Assembly (NCBI GenBank): GCA_900318275.1
Contig: ONJY01000009.1
Location: 7,445 to 71,444 of the forward strand
Length of the DNA: 64,000 nt
Direction: 5' to 3'
Origin: an uncultured Bacteroidales bacterium
GTDB lineage: Bacteria; Bacteroidota; Bacteroidia; Bacteroidales; P3
Shown in pieces: positions 19,441 through 27,954 of the stretch (the stretch's first letter is position 1; every line of letters starts with the position of its first letter). A program made the translations under genes and the position numbers. Under the pieces are notes generated by a model, which ran no database searches, was not told the DNA's origin, and saw only the letters and a list, made by a program, of their open reading frames with translations.

Positions 19441-22089
19441 ATGAACTTAACAATGGCAAAAAGCACGGACAACGATTCTCCATTAATGAAACAACATGCG
19501 GAACTAAAGAAAAAGTTCCCAGACGCAATACTGTTATTCAGAGTTGGCGACTTCTACGAGACATTTGGAGAAGATGCACGAACAGCCTCCCAGATTTTAG
19601 GACTTACTCTCACACGTAAAGCTGCCGGACATGGTACTTACTGCGACTTGGCAGGAATACCCCATCATGCTGTTGAGCAATACCTTCCACGTCTTGTACG
19701 TGCAGGACTTCGCGTAGCAATATGTGAACAACTTGAGGACCCCAAGACGACAAAGGGGCTTGTAAAACGAGGAATTACAGAACTCGTCACGCCAGGAATC
19801 GCCTACAATGATATGGTGCTCGAAGTCAAAGAGAACAATTTCCTGTGTGGCCTACATCTAACAGATAAAATACACGGAATAAGTTTTCTTGATGTATCCA
19901 CGGGAGAGTTCTACATAGCCGAAGGTGATTTAAAATATATCGATAAACTTCTGACAGATTTCCATCCGGCAGAAGTGGTGTTGCAACGAAAGAAAATGCA
20001 TTGGTTTAAAGAACAGTTTGCAGAAAAATACTATTGCAACACCTTTGACGATTGGGTATTTGCTCCCGATTTTGCCAACGAGTTGCTATTGAAACAATTT
20101 GGAACGAATTCCCTAAAGGGGTTTGGTGTGGAAGACCTTGAGATGGGGATAATAGCTGCCGGAGCAGTTCTGTATTACCTACAAGATACGCAACACACCC
20201 AAACCGCCAATATAACTCGTATCAATAGAGTCGAACAGGACAAATATGTTTGGTTGGATCGTTTCACCATTCGCAATCTTGAGATAATCGGTTCTCATAA
20301 TGACAATGCAAGAACTCTTCTTGATGTCCTTGACCAAACGCTCACTCCCATGGGTTCCCGCCTCATGCGCAGGTGGATCCTTATGCCGTTAAAAGAGGTT
20401 GAGCCAATTGAAGAACGCCTGCATGTCGTAGACACCCTTATCCGTGACGCAGAAACAAGACAGAAACTTGCTCAAAACATCAAGACAATTGGTGATCTAG
20501 AGCGCCTTATAACCAAAGCTGCTGTTGGCCGTATAAATCCACGCGAGATGCAACAACTAAAACGTTCGCTACTCGCTGTCGGACAGGTACAATCCATCTG
20601 CAAAGAAAGCAAATCAGATCCACTAACACAACTAAGCGAGAGAATTAATCCTTGCAAACTTCTTGCCGAAAGGATTGAACGCGAGATTACGGAAGAGCCG
20701 CCTGCCAAGATTGAAAAAGGCGACGTAATCGCCAATGGTGTCAATCAAGAGCTGGACGAACTGCGCTCTCTGGCTGGCTCAGGCAAAGATTACCTGATGA
20801 GCCTGCAGCAGAAAGAAAGCGAAGCGACAGGAATACCTTCATTGCGAATTGGGTTCAACAATATCTTCGGATATTATTTCGAAGTATACAACACTCATAA
20901 AGCCAAGGTCCCTCCCGAATGGATTAGAAAGCAAACTCTAACCAACGCCGAACGTTATATAACACCCGAATTAAAAGAATACGAAGACAAGATTCTCGGT
21001 GCCGAAGAGAAGATACAATCTCTGGAAATTGAATTGTTCAACAAACTTATCTACACGATTACAGAGTATGTACACACAATCCAATATGACGCACAGATTA
21101 TAGCACAGATAGACTGCCTCCTGAGCTTTGCCGAGTTATCCCTAAAAAACAATTATTGTCGCCCATCCATTAATACAGGCGGTATAATTGACATAAAAGA
21201 GGGCAGGCATCCGGTCATAGAGACCCAGATGACACCCGGCAACGAATATATAAGCAATGACATATTTCTCGACAAAGACACTCAGCAGATAATCATTGTG
21301 ACGGGCCCGAATATGTCCGGTAAATCAGCTTTGCTGCGCCAAACCGCCCTAATTGTATTAATGGCACAAATGGGCTGTTATTGTCCGGCGAAAAGCGCAG
21401 AGATAGGCATTGTAGACAAAATTTTCACACGTGTAGGCGCAAGCGACAATATCAGTAGTGGGGAATCGACATTCATGGTTGAGATGAACGAAACTGCAAG
21501 CATTCTCAACAACATAACCGATAGAAGCCTCGTACTACTGGACGAGATTGGACGCGGAACATCCACTTACGACGGCATTTCCATAGCATGGGCTATAACG
21601 GAATATCTGCACAACAATAAATCGGTTCGCCCCAAAGTGCTGTTTGCCACCCATTATCACGAACTCATCGAGATGGCGGATCAGTATGAACGAATCAAGA
21701 ACTATCACGTCAGCGTAAAAGAGATCGACGGTCGAATCATATTTTTGAGGAAGCTCATGCCAGGCGGCAGCGAACACAGTTTCGGTATCCACGTGGCCAA
21801 AATCGCAGGCATGCCGCCATCTGTCGTGAACCGCGCCAACTCAATGCTGCAAGTGCTGGAGGCCAAAAATGAACGTACAATTTCAGATGGCGAGAAAAAC
21901 ACCAAAAAAACAAAAAAAGCCGAAACAAAAGACAATTTTGACGGCCTCCAACTTAGTTTCATACAACTTGACGATCCAACTTTGCTCGAAATACGTGGCA
22001 AATTATTAGATATTGATATAGACACACTTACTCCAATAGAGGCATTGCTAAAACTAAACGAAATCAAAAAAATTGTAACAAAGAATTAA
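19441..22089 (+). CDS. mutS: DNA mismatch repair protein MutS
   Basis: Motifs TPLMKQH-like start, FRVGDFYETFGEDA, Walker A GPNMSGKS, DEIGRGTSTYDG. The ATG directly abuts the upstream TAA. Confidence 0.95.
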   Translation: MNLTMAKSTDNDSPLMKQHAELKKKFPDAILLFRVGDFYETFGEDARTASQILGLTLTRKAAGHGTYCDLAGIPHHAVEQYLPRLVRAGLRVAICEQLEDPKTTKGLVKRGITELVTPGIAYNDMVLEVKENNFLCGLHLTDKIHGISFLDVSTGEFYIAEGDLKYIDKLLTDFHPAEVVLQRKKMHWFKEQFAEKYYCNTFDDWVFAPDFANELLLKQFGTNSLKGFGVEDLEMGIIAAGAVLYYLQDTQHTQTANITRINRVEQDKYVWLDRFTIRNLEIIGSHNDNARTLLDVLDQTLTPMGSRLMRRWILMPLKEVEPIEERLHVVDTLIRDAETRQKLAQNIKTIGDLERLITKAAVGRINPREMQQLKRSLLAVGQVQSICKESKSDPLTQLSERINPCKLLAERIEREITEEPPAKIEKGDVIANGVNQELDELRSLAGSGKDYLMSLQQKESEATGIPSLRIGFNNIFGYYFEVYNTHKAKVPPEWIRKQTLTNAERYITPELKEYEDKILGAEEKIQSLEIELFNKLIYTITEYVHTIQYDAQIIAQIDCLLSFAELSLKNNYCRPSINTGGIIDIKEGRHPVIETQMTPGNEYISNDIFLDKDTQQIIIVTGPNMSGKSALLRQTALIVLMAQMGCYCPAKSAEIGIVDKIFTRVGASDNISSGESTFMVEMNETASILNNITDRSLVLLDEIGRGTSTYDGISIAWAITEYLHNNKSVRPKVLFATHYHELIEMADQYERIKNYHVSVKEIDGRIIFLRKLMPGGSEHSFGIHVAKIAGMPPSVVNRANSMLQVLEAKNERTISDGEKNTKKTKKAETKDNFDGLQLSFIQLDDPTLLEIRGKLLDIDIDTLTPIEALLKLNEIKKIVTKN

Positions 22090-22095
22090 AAAAAT

Positions 22096-22126
22096 TTTGC
22101 CAGTTTCAAAAAAGTATGTACTTTTG
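22096..22126 (+). promoter_or_regulatory. promoter of the six-tRNA cluster: TTTG (22096-22099) N19 TACTTTTG (22119-22126)
   Basis: Exact consensus and near-identical to 7552-7582. The downstream leader CCGCTTTTGAGAGAAAAAG is shared with the minus-strand tRNA-Val unit. Confidence 0.8.
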
Positions 22127-22162
22127 CACCCGCTTTTGAGAGAAAAAGTGTACCAAAAAAAT

Positions 22163-22235
<73 letters not shown>

Positions 22236-22262
22236 CAAAAGGCTCCTAAATCAGAGAGAGAA

Positions 22263-22345
22263 GCTCTGGTGGTGGAATGGTAGACACGAGGGACTTAAAA
22301 TCCCTTGCCCGCAAGGGCGTGTGGGTTCAAGTCCCACCCGGAGTA
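22263..22345 (+). tRNA. tRNA-Leu (anticodon TAA), long variable arm
   Basis: Acceptor GCTCTGG/CCGGAGT (with G-U pairs), anticodon loop CTTAAAA, variable arm TGCCCGCAAGGGCG, T-arm GTGGG-TTCAAGT-CCCAC. Confidence 0.85.
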
Positions 22346-22356
22346 CAAATGGCAAT

Positions 22357-22429
<73 letters not shown>

Positions 22430-22543
22430 CCAGAAAAGAGAGTAACTTGAAATGATGTGAGGCAACATCAAAGTCCATGTTCAAAACGCCCTGAAAAAGG
22501 GCCGATGAAGTTGCCAAAAACACAAGCGAGAGAATAAGAAAAT

Positions 22544-22616
22544 GTCTTGGTAGCTCAGCTGGTAGAGCAATTGACTCTTAATCAATGGGTCCAGGGTTCG
22601 AATCCCTGCCAGGACA
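22544..22616 (+). tRNA. tRNA-Lys (anticodon CTT)
   Basis: Acceptor GTCTTGG/CCAGGAC, anticodon stem ATTGA/TCAAT with loop CTCTTAA, T-arm CAGGG-TTCGAAT-CCCTG. Confidence 0.88.
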
Positions 22617-22622
22617 CTATCG

Positions 22623-22696
22623 CGGGGTGTAGCGCAGTTGGCTAGCGCGCCACGTTCGGGACGTGGAGGCCGGAAGTTCGAGTCTTCTCACCCCGA
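22623..22696 (+). tRNA. tRNA-Pro (anticodon CGG)
   Basis: Acceptor CGGGGTG/CACCCCG; anticodon stem CCACG/CGTGG with loop TTCGGGA. Confidence 0.88.
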
Positions 22697-22724
22697 CACA
22701 GCAGTCGCTCGTGTGACCCCAGCC

Positions 22725-22797
<73 letters not shown>

Positions 22798-22810
22798 CAG
22801 AAAAAACTTA

Positions 22811-22838
22811 GGCAGAACATGGTGTTCTGCCTTTTTTA
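22811..22838 (+). terminator. rho-independent terminator after the tRNA cluster
   Basis: Stem GGCAGAACA / TGTTCTGCC followed by TTTTTTATT. Confidence 0.85.
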
Positions 22839-22870
22839 TTGTCAAACAAACAACAAAACAAACAAAACCA

Positions 22871-23239
22871 ATGGTAAAACAGTACGAAACCGTTTTCATT
22901 GCAACTCCCGTTTTGTCTGAAGAACAGATGAAGGAAACGGTAAAGAAGTACATCGACCTGCTCACCTCCAAGGGTGCCGAGATCGTGTACGAGAACAACT
23001 GGGGCATGCGTAAGCTCGCCTATCCTATCCGCAAGAAGACCACCGGCTTCTATTATCTCATAGAGTTCCGTGCCGAGGGTAGCGTCATCAACGACCTCGA
23101 GGTCGCCTACAAGCGTGACGAGCGCCTGCTCCGCTTCCTCACCGTCAGCCTCGACAAGCACGCTGTGGCCTACAACGAGAAGAAGCGCAACGCAAAGAAA
23201 GCCGCCGCTGAGAACGTCGAAACTCTCGCCGAGGCTTAA
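22871..23239 (+). CDS. rpsF: 30S ribosomal protein S6
   Basis: MVKQYETVFIATPVLSEEQ... is a classic S6 N-terminus. Followed by S18 and L9. Confidence 0.95.
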   Translation: MVKQYETVFIATPVLSEEQMKETVKKYIDLLTSKGAEIVYENNWGMRKLAYPIRKKTTGFYYLIEFRAEGSVINDLEVAYKRDERLLRFLTVSLDKHAVAYNEKKRNAKKAAAENVETLAEA

Positions 23240-23266
23240 TGTTTAACCCCTTAAAGTAGATTGAAA

Positions 23267-23533
23267 ATGGCTAACGAAAGCGAAATCAAATACCTGACTC
23301 CCATCGCCGTGGAGACTCAGCGCAAGAAATACTGCCGCTTCAAAAAGCTCGGCATTAAATATATCGACTACAAGGACGCCGACTTCCTGCTGAAGTTCGT
23401 CAACGAACAGGGCAAGATTCTGCCCCGTCGCATCACCGGTACCTCGAACAAATACCAGAAGAAAGTCTCGCAGGCCATCAAGCGCGCCCGTCACATCGCC
23501 CTGATGCCCTACGTCGCCGATTGTCTCAAATAA
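23267..23533 (+). CDS. rpsR: 30S ribosomal protein S18
   Basis: [15 protein letters not shown]...LPRRITGTS...[17 protein letters not shown]. The ATG at 23267 is preferred over the TTG at 23261. Confidence 0.95.
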   Translation: MANESEIKYLTPIAVETQRKKYCRFKKLGIKYIDYKDADFLLKFVNEQGKILPRRITGTSNKYQKKVSQAIKRARHIALMPYVADCLK

Positions 23534-23551
23534 TCATAGGAGGAAAGATAG

Positions 23552-23995
23552 ATGGAAATCATACTCAAACAGGATGTGGCCAACCTCGGCTACAAAGACG
23601 AAATCGTCAACGTTAAGAACGGCTATGCCAACAACTATCTTCTTCCCAAAGGAATGGCCATCATCGCCACTCCCGTCAACAAGAAGATCCACGCCGAGAA
23701 CCTGCGTCAGCGCGCCCACAAGGAGGAAGCCCTCCGCAAGAACGCCGAGACCCAGCAGGCTGCCCTCAACGGCAAGACCGTGAAGCTCATCGTCAAAGTC
23801 GGTGAGAACGGACAACTCTTTGGTGGCATCAACAACATCATGATTGCCGAAGCCCTCAAGGAGCAGCACAACTACGACATCGACCGCAAGCAGATCAGCG
23901 TCGACGCCATCAAGGCCGTTGGCAACTACACCGCCAAGGTCAACGTCTACAAAGAGATCAAAGCCGAACTCAACATCGAGGTCGTCGCCGAATAA
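23552..23995 (+). CDS. rplI: 50S ribosomal protein L9
   Basis: MEIILKQDVANLGYKDEIVNVKNGYANNYLLPKG is a canonical L9 N-terminus. Confidence 0.95.
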   Translation: MEIILKQDVANLGYKDEIVNVKNGYANNYLLPKGMAIIATPVNKKIHAENLRQRAHKEEALRKNAETQQAALNGKTVKLIVKVGENGQLFGGINNIMIAEALKEQHNYDIDRKQISVDAIKAVGNYTAKVNVYKEIKAELNIEVVAE

Positions 23996-24018
23996 CATCG
24001 TTGGTAGACAACAAACGG

Positions 24019-24048
24019 ATACGGGCGCCGCATACGCGGCGCCCGTAT
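24019..24048 (+). terminator. GC-rich hairpin terminator after rplI
   Basis: ATACGGGCGCCG (24019-24030) pairs with CGGCGCCCGTAT (24037-24048). The T-tail is weak (tatgtttc). Confidence 0.7.
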
Positions 24049-24137
24049 TATGTTTCATGCCTGCACCCCACCATTGACAAAGAGCAAGCCTGGCATATAT
24101 CACGAGTGCCTTCAAATCATTTGCCATCTGGCAAAAA

Positions 24138-24168
24138 TTTGCCATTCCAGAAAAAATCCGTATCTTTG
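24138..24168 (+). promoter_or_regulatory. promoter of the AT-rich islet operon: TTTG N19 TATCTTTG
   Basis: TTTG at 24138-24141 and TATCTTTG at 24161-24168, 55 nt upstream of the ATG at 24223. Confidence 0.7.
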
Positions 24169-24222
24169 CAAATCAAATCTTTTTAATCGTAGATGTTCGA
24201 AACAATATACTGATTAAACGCT

Positions 24223-26046
24223 ATGGACAAACAGAAATATAACAACTATCCTCTATCCATTAGTCAGATACTTGGATTGATTGAAGCAAACGACATTGCA
24301 ATACCTGAGATACAACGTCCTTTTGTATGGCGCAAATCGCAAGTACGCGACCTGATGGATTCATTATACAAGGGCTATCCGACTGGATATATCATTATAT
24401 GGAAGAATCCTGCTGTAAAATTAAAGAATGGTACTTTGTCAGAAGGGAAAAAAGTTCTCATTGACGGGCAGCAACGCATCACGGCTCTGATGACGGCCAT
24501 TGCCGGCAAAACCATCGTGTTTGACGACTACAACGAAGGACGGGTAAAAATTGCTTTCGACCCGTTTGCCGCCCTATCAGGCAATCCTGATGCAGAACTT
24601 TTTGCAGTTCAAACACCTGCTCATCTTAAGAGCAAAAGATGGATACCCGATATTGCAGAGTTGTTTAAATCCGACTTTTCGAGTTTCAAATTCATCAACC
24701 AGTATGTGATTGACAACCCAGAAATGGATCAGGAGGAACTGCACAAGATTATCGAAAGTTTAAAAAACCTGCAGCATTGCAATATCGGAGTGATAGAACT
24801 TGATGCCTCGCTTGACATAGACGTTGTTACTGACATTTTTATTCGCATCAATTCCAAAGGTACTGCATTGAGTCAAGGTGACTTTGTAATGTCAAAGATT
24901 GCGGCGGATGAATTGCATGGAGGCAATACACTCCGCAAGGTGATTGATTACTTTGCCCACCTCTGCAAAGACGGTACTTTCTATGGCAAAATCAAGGAGA
25001 AAGACGTTGCTTTTGCCGATTCAGGATATTCAAGCAAGTTGGAATGGTTAAAGGATGACAAGGAAACTGTTTATGATCCAGAATGCGATGACGTTCTACG
25101 TGTGGCCTTTATGCATCGCTGCAAACGCGCCAAGCTTGCCGACCTGGTGGCGATGCTATCTGGCAGAGATTTTGAAACACGCGAGTTTAAAGAAGAAATT
25201 GTAGAATCCACATACAAAGATTTGGAAATAGGCGTGAACAATGTCATCAACGGCTACAATTTTACCCAGTTTATGTTGACCATCCGTTCTGCCGGATTCA
25301 CCTCCAAAAAGCTTGTAAATTCTGTAATGGCTATTGATTTTGCGTATGCTGTATATCTGCTCCTGCAAGAATCAAAAGAGATACCTGTGGATGAAATCAA
25401 GAGTTTGGTGCAACGCTGGTATGTTTTGTCGGTTCTCACTGGCCGATATAGTGCTTCGCCCGAATCATCGTTTGCGAAGGACATTCGCGCAATTGGAGAA
25501 AATGGGGTAAAAGCCGCACTTAAAGCCATTGAAGACGCGACCTTGTCGGATAACTTTTGGGATATACAATTGAACCAGAACTTGACATACGTTTCTTCCA
25601 TCAATCCCACTTATCAAGTATTCCTTGCGGCTCAAAACTTCTTCAAGAAAGATTCTCTTCTTTCTCACATTCCCGTTGGAGAACTTGTAAACTTAGGTGG
25701 CGATATACATCATATCTTCCCCAAGCAATATCTGGTTGACAATGGTTACGACAAACACGAATACAACCAGGTGGCCAACTATGCTTATCTGGACACTCCA
25801 ATCAACATCAAGATTGGGAAGAAAGCACCCATGGTTTATATGAACGAGGCTCTTGACGCCATAAGGAATGCTTCCGACACTTCTTTCAAGTCAATAAAGA
25901 GCGAGGCGGAATTCATCAAAAACCTCCAGGACAACTGTATACCGATCGACATCCTCGAGATGGATTACAGCAATTACAAAGCATTTCTCGAAGCCCGACG
26001 CGTTATGATGACAGAACTCATAAAGACATACTACTATAGTTTGTAA
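24223..26046 (+). CDS. GmrSD-like protein: N-terminal DUF262 (ParB/Srx-like NTPase) plus C-terminal DUF1524-like His-Me finger nuclease; putative type IV restriction enzyme
   Basis: Motifs IPEIQRPFVW and LIDGQQRITAL (DUF262); GGDIHHIFPKQYL...NQVANYAYLDTPIN (HNH/His-Me-like). 607 aa, AT-rich. Confidence 0.8.
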   Translation: MDKQKYNNYPLSISQILGLIEANDIAIPEIQRPFVWRKSQVRDLMDSLYKGYPTGYIIIWKNPAVKLKNGTLSEGKKVLIDGQQRITALMTAIAGKTIVFDDYNEGRVKIAFDPFAALSGNPDAELFAVQTPAHLKSKRWIPDIAELFKSDFSSFKFINQYVIDNPEMDQEELHKIIESLKNLQHCNIGVIELDASLDIDVVTDIFIRINSKGTALSQGDFVMSKIAADELHGGNTLRKVIDYFAHLCKDGTFYGKIKEKDVAFADSGYSSKLEWLKDDKETVYDPECDDVLRVAFMHRCKRAKLADLVAMLSGRDFETREFKEEIVESTYKDLEIGVNNVINGYNFTQFMLTIRSAGFTSKKLVNSVMAIDFAYAVYLLLQESKEIPVDEIKSLVQRWYVLSVLTGRYSASPESSFAKDIRAIGENGVKAALKAIEDATLSDNFWDIQLNQNLTYVSSINPTYQVFLAAQNFFKKDSLLSHIPVGELVNLGGDIHHIFPKQYLVDNGYDKHEYNQVANYAYLDTPINIKIGKKAPMVYMNEALDAIRNASDTSFKSIKSEAEFIKNLQDNCIPIDILEMDYSNYKAFLEARRVMMTELIKTYYYSL

Positions 26047-26060
26047 GCAATACAACCGAT

Positions 26061-27269
26061 ATGTTAGGAGCAATCATAGGCGACATCGTAGGTAGTCGTT
26101 GGGAGTTCAACCCAACCAACGATTACAATTTTGAATTGTTTTCTGACAAAAACAGCTATACAGACGACACAATATGCACTATCGCAGTAGCCGATGCTAT
26201 ATTGCATGGGTCAAATGACTTTGGCCAATATATCCATTCATGGTGTCGACGGTATCCCAATCCTATGGGTGGCTACGGAGGGCGATTTGCACAATGGGTG
26301 ATGAGCGACAATCCTCGACCATATGGCAGTTATGGCAATGGGGCAGCAATGCGTGTAAGTCCTGTGGCATGGGCATCGAACAGCCAAGAAGAAATACTTC
26401 ATGCAGCCAAACTGACTGCATCTTGTACACACAACCACCCCGAAGGAATCAAAGGTGCACAAGCAATCGCGTCGGCCATCCGCAACGCACGGATATTACG
26501 TGAACAATATGGAGGAAAATGGGGAAAAGAGGAAATAAGAGATTTTGTAAGAGAGACTGTCTGGAAATTCCCTGAATATAACATAGATATACAAATAGAA
26601 AAAGTAAAAAACCGTTTCGACGAAACATGTGGAGGAACCGTACCTGTTGCATTATGGGTTATTCAAAATAGCACAGGATTTGAAGATGCTATCCGGCGCG
26701 CAGTAAGTCTTGGAGCCGATGCCGACACCCTTGGCGCTATTGTGGGAAGTATTGCTGAGGCCATCTGGGGTATCCCGGAATGGACAAAAAATAAAGCCAT
26801 AACGTATCTCCCCGAAGACATGAAAAGTGTAGTTAGGGAATTTCACAACCGAACAAAAAACAACAAACCGCAATCCGCCATCATCTATGGCGTAGAATAT
26901 CCAAATCCTGATACGGTAGATTGGGTGCCGGAGGTCGTTCCATCATTAACATTAAAGGAGCAACAATACAAAACATTTGTCCGAGGTTACACGCCCGACT
27001 GGGAGTGCCGATATGCTCCTTACCGATTCAAGGATTGGCTATACATCACCCGTTCGGGATTTTGGTTAAAGAAATTCTGTTTTGAGAGGTGCGATGATGG
27101 CTTATATCATCTATCCAAGCTATATACAGTAAAGGATATGGCCGGGAAAGACCTCATCAAAACGGTTCTGATAGAAGGGTATTTTAAGCCACAGATATAT
27201 GGGTGGCAATACAATACGACAAATGTGGAAACATTGGGGAAGAGAGTGGATGTGGATGGGGAAGAATAA
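26061..27269 (+). CDS. ADP-ribosylglycohydrolase (ARH/DraG fold) fused to an unassigned ~110-aa C-terminal domain
   Basis: Motifs MLGAIIGDIVGS, SYTDDT, YGNGAAMRVSP and SLGADADTLGAIVGSIAEA, so the metal-ligand motifs are intact. Residues ~290-402 match nothing I recognise. Confidence 0.8.
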   Translation: MLGAIIGDIVGSRWEFNPTNDYNFELFSDKNSYTDDTICTIAVADAILHGSNDFGQYIHSWCRRYPNPMGGYGGRFAQWVMSDNPRPYGSYGNGAAMRVSPVAWASNSQEEILHAAKLTASCTHNHPEGIKGAQAIASAIRNARILREQYGGKWGKEEIRDFVRETVWKFPEYNIDIQIEKVKNRFDETCGGTVPVALWVIQNSTGFEDAIRRAVSLGADADTLGAIVGSIAEAIWGIPEWTKNKAITYLPEDMKSVVREFHNRTKNNKPQSAIIYGVEYPNPDTVDWVPEVVPSLTLKEQQYKTFVRGYTPDWECRYAPYRFKDWLYITRSGFWLKKFCFERCDDGLYHLSKLYTVKDMAGKDLIKTVLIEGYFKPQIYGWQYNTTNVETLGKRVDVDGEE

Positions 27270-27289
27270 TTGAATGTAGATGATGCCGC

Positions 27290-27322
27290 CTTGTGGCCGT
27301 TTACTAGCCGTCTTGTAGCCGT
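27290..27322. repeat. tandem array of three 11-nt units (CTTGTGGCCGT, TTACTAGCCGT, CTTGTAGCCGT)
   Basis: Read directly. Same TAGCCGT word family as 12-44. Confidence 0.75.
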
Positions 27323-27665
27323 TCCGGTGGTGGCGGGAGTGCCGGAGAAAATCGCGACAGATGGCCTCGATGAGTAGTGTCATTGGGCTCTTGACACCAC
27401 ATTTTCGGCCTTGAAGTTGGCCATTTTGCCACAAAAGCCACCTCAATTGAGGTATGAGCGGAGATATCCGAAACCAAACAAGTGAGCTCCGAGGAGGGCT
27501 AAAGCGACGGGGAGAGGTGTGTTATTGACTTTTTATGGCCTTTTAGAGGAGGATTTGGATGCTTTATGTACCGTTTCCGAGAGTTAAACTCTTGGATGCC
27601 GAGGGTTTGGTGATTTCGTACCTCATTGGCTGATTGCGTTTTAGATAATAATTAGTATGTGGTTG

Positions 27666-27814
27666 AGCGTTCCGTTCCAGTTGTTCCAGTTGTTTTTTAA
27701 GGGGTACCACTTTTCCAACTCTCTTTATATATTATTAATTATTAATTAGTTATAATATAAAATAAGGGAATGGGTATACCTTATTTTTAATTGGAACAAT
27801 TGGAACGGAACGCT
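27666..27814. repeat. inverted-array element: 26-27-nt arms built from TTCCAGTTG / CAATTGGAA 9-mers around a ~96-nt AT-rich core
   Basis: Left arm AGCGTTCCGTTCCAGTTGTTCCAGTTG (27666-27692). Right arm AATTGGAACAATTGGAACGGAACGCT (27789-27814). Complementary except for 2 positions. Confidence 0.85.
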
Positions 27815-27954
27815 GTATTGTTTTTTTTCTGAGACTTTTTCTCTATGAAGCTGGTTATAACGGCGAATTGAGCGAATTATACGAAACCACGCAGGACAAT
27901 TACGGGCGAATTACTTGAATTGTCGGCAGTTTGGCGCAAAATGCAAGTTTTACT

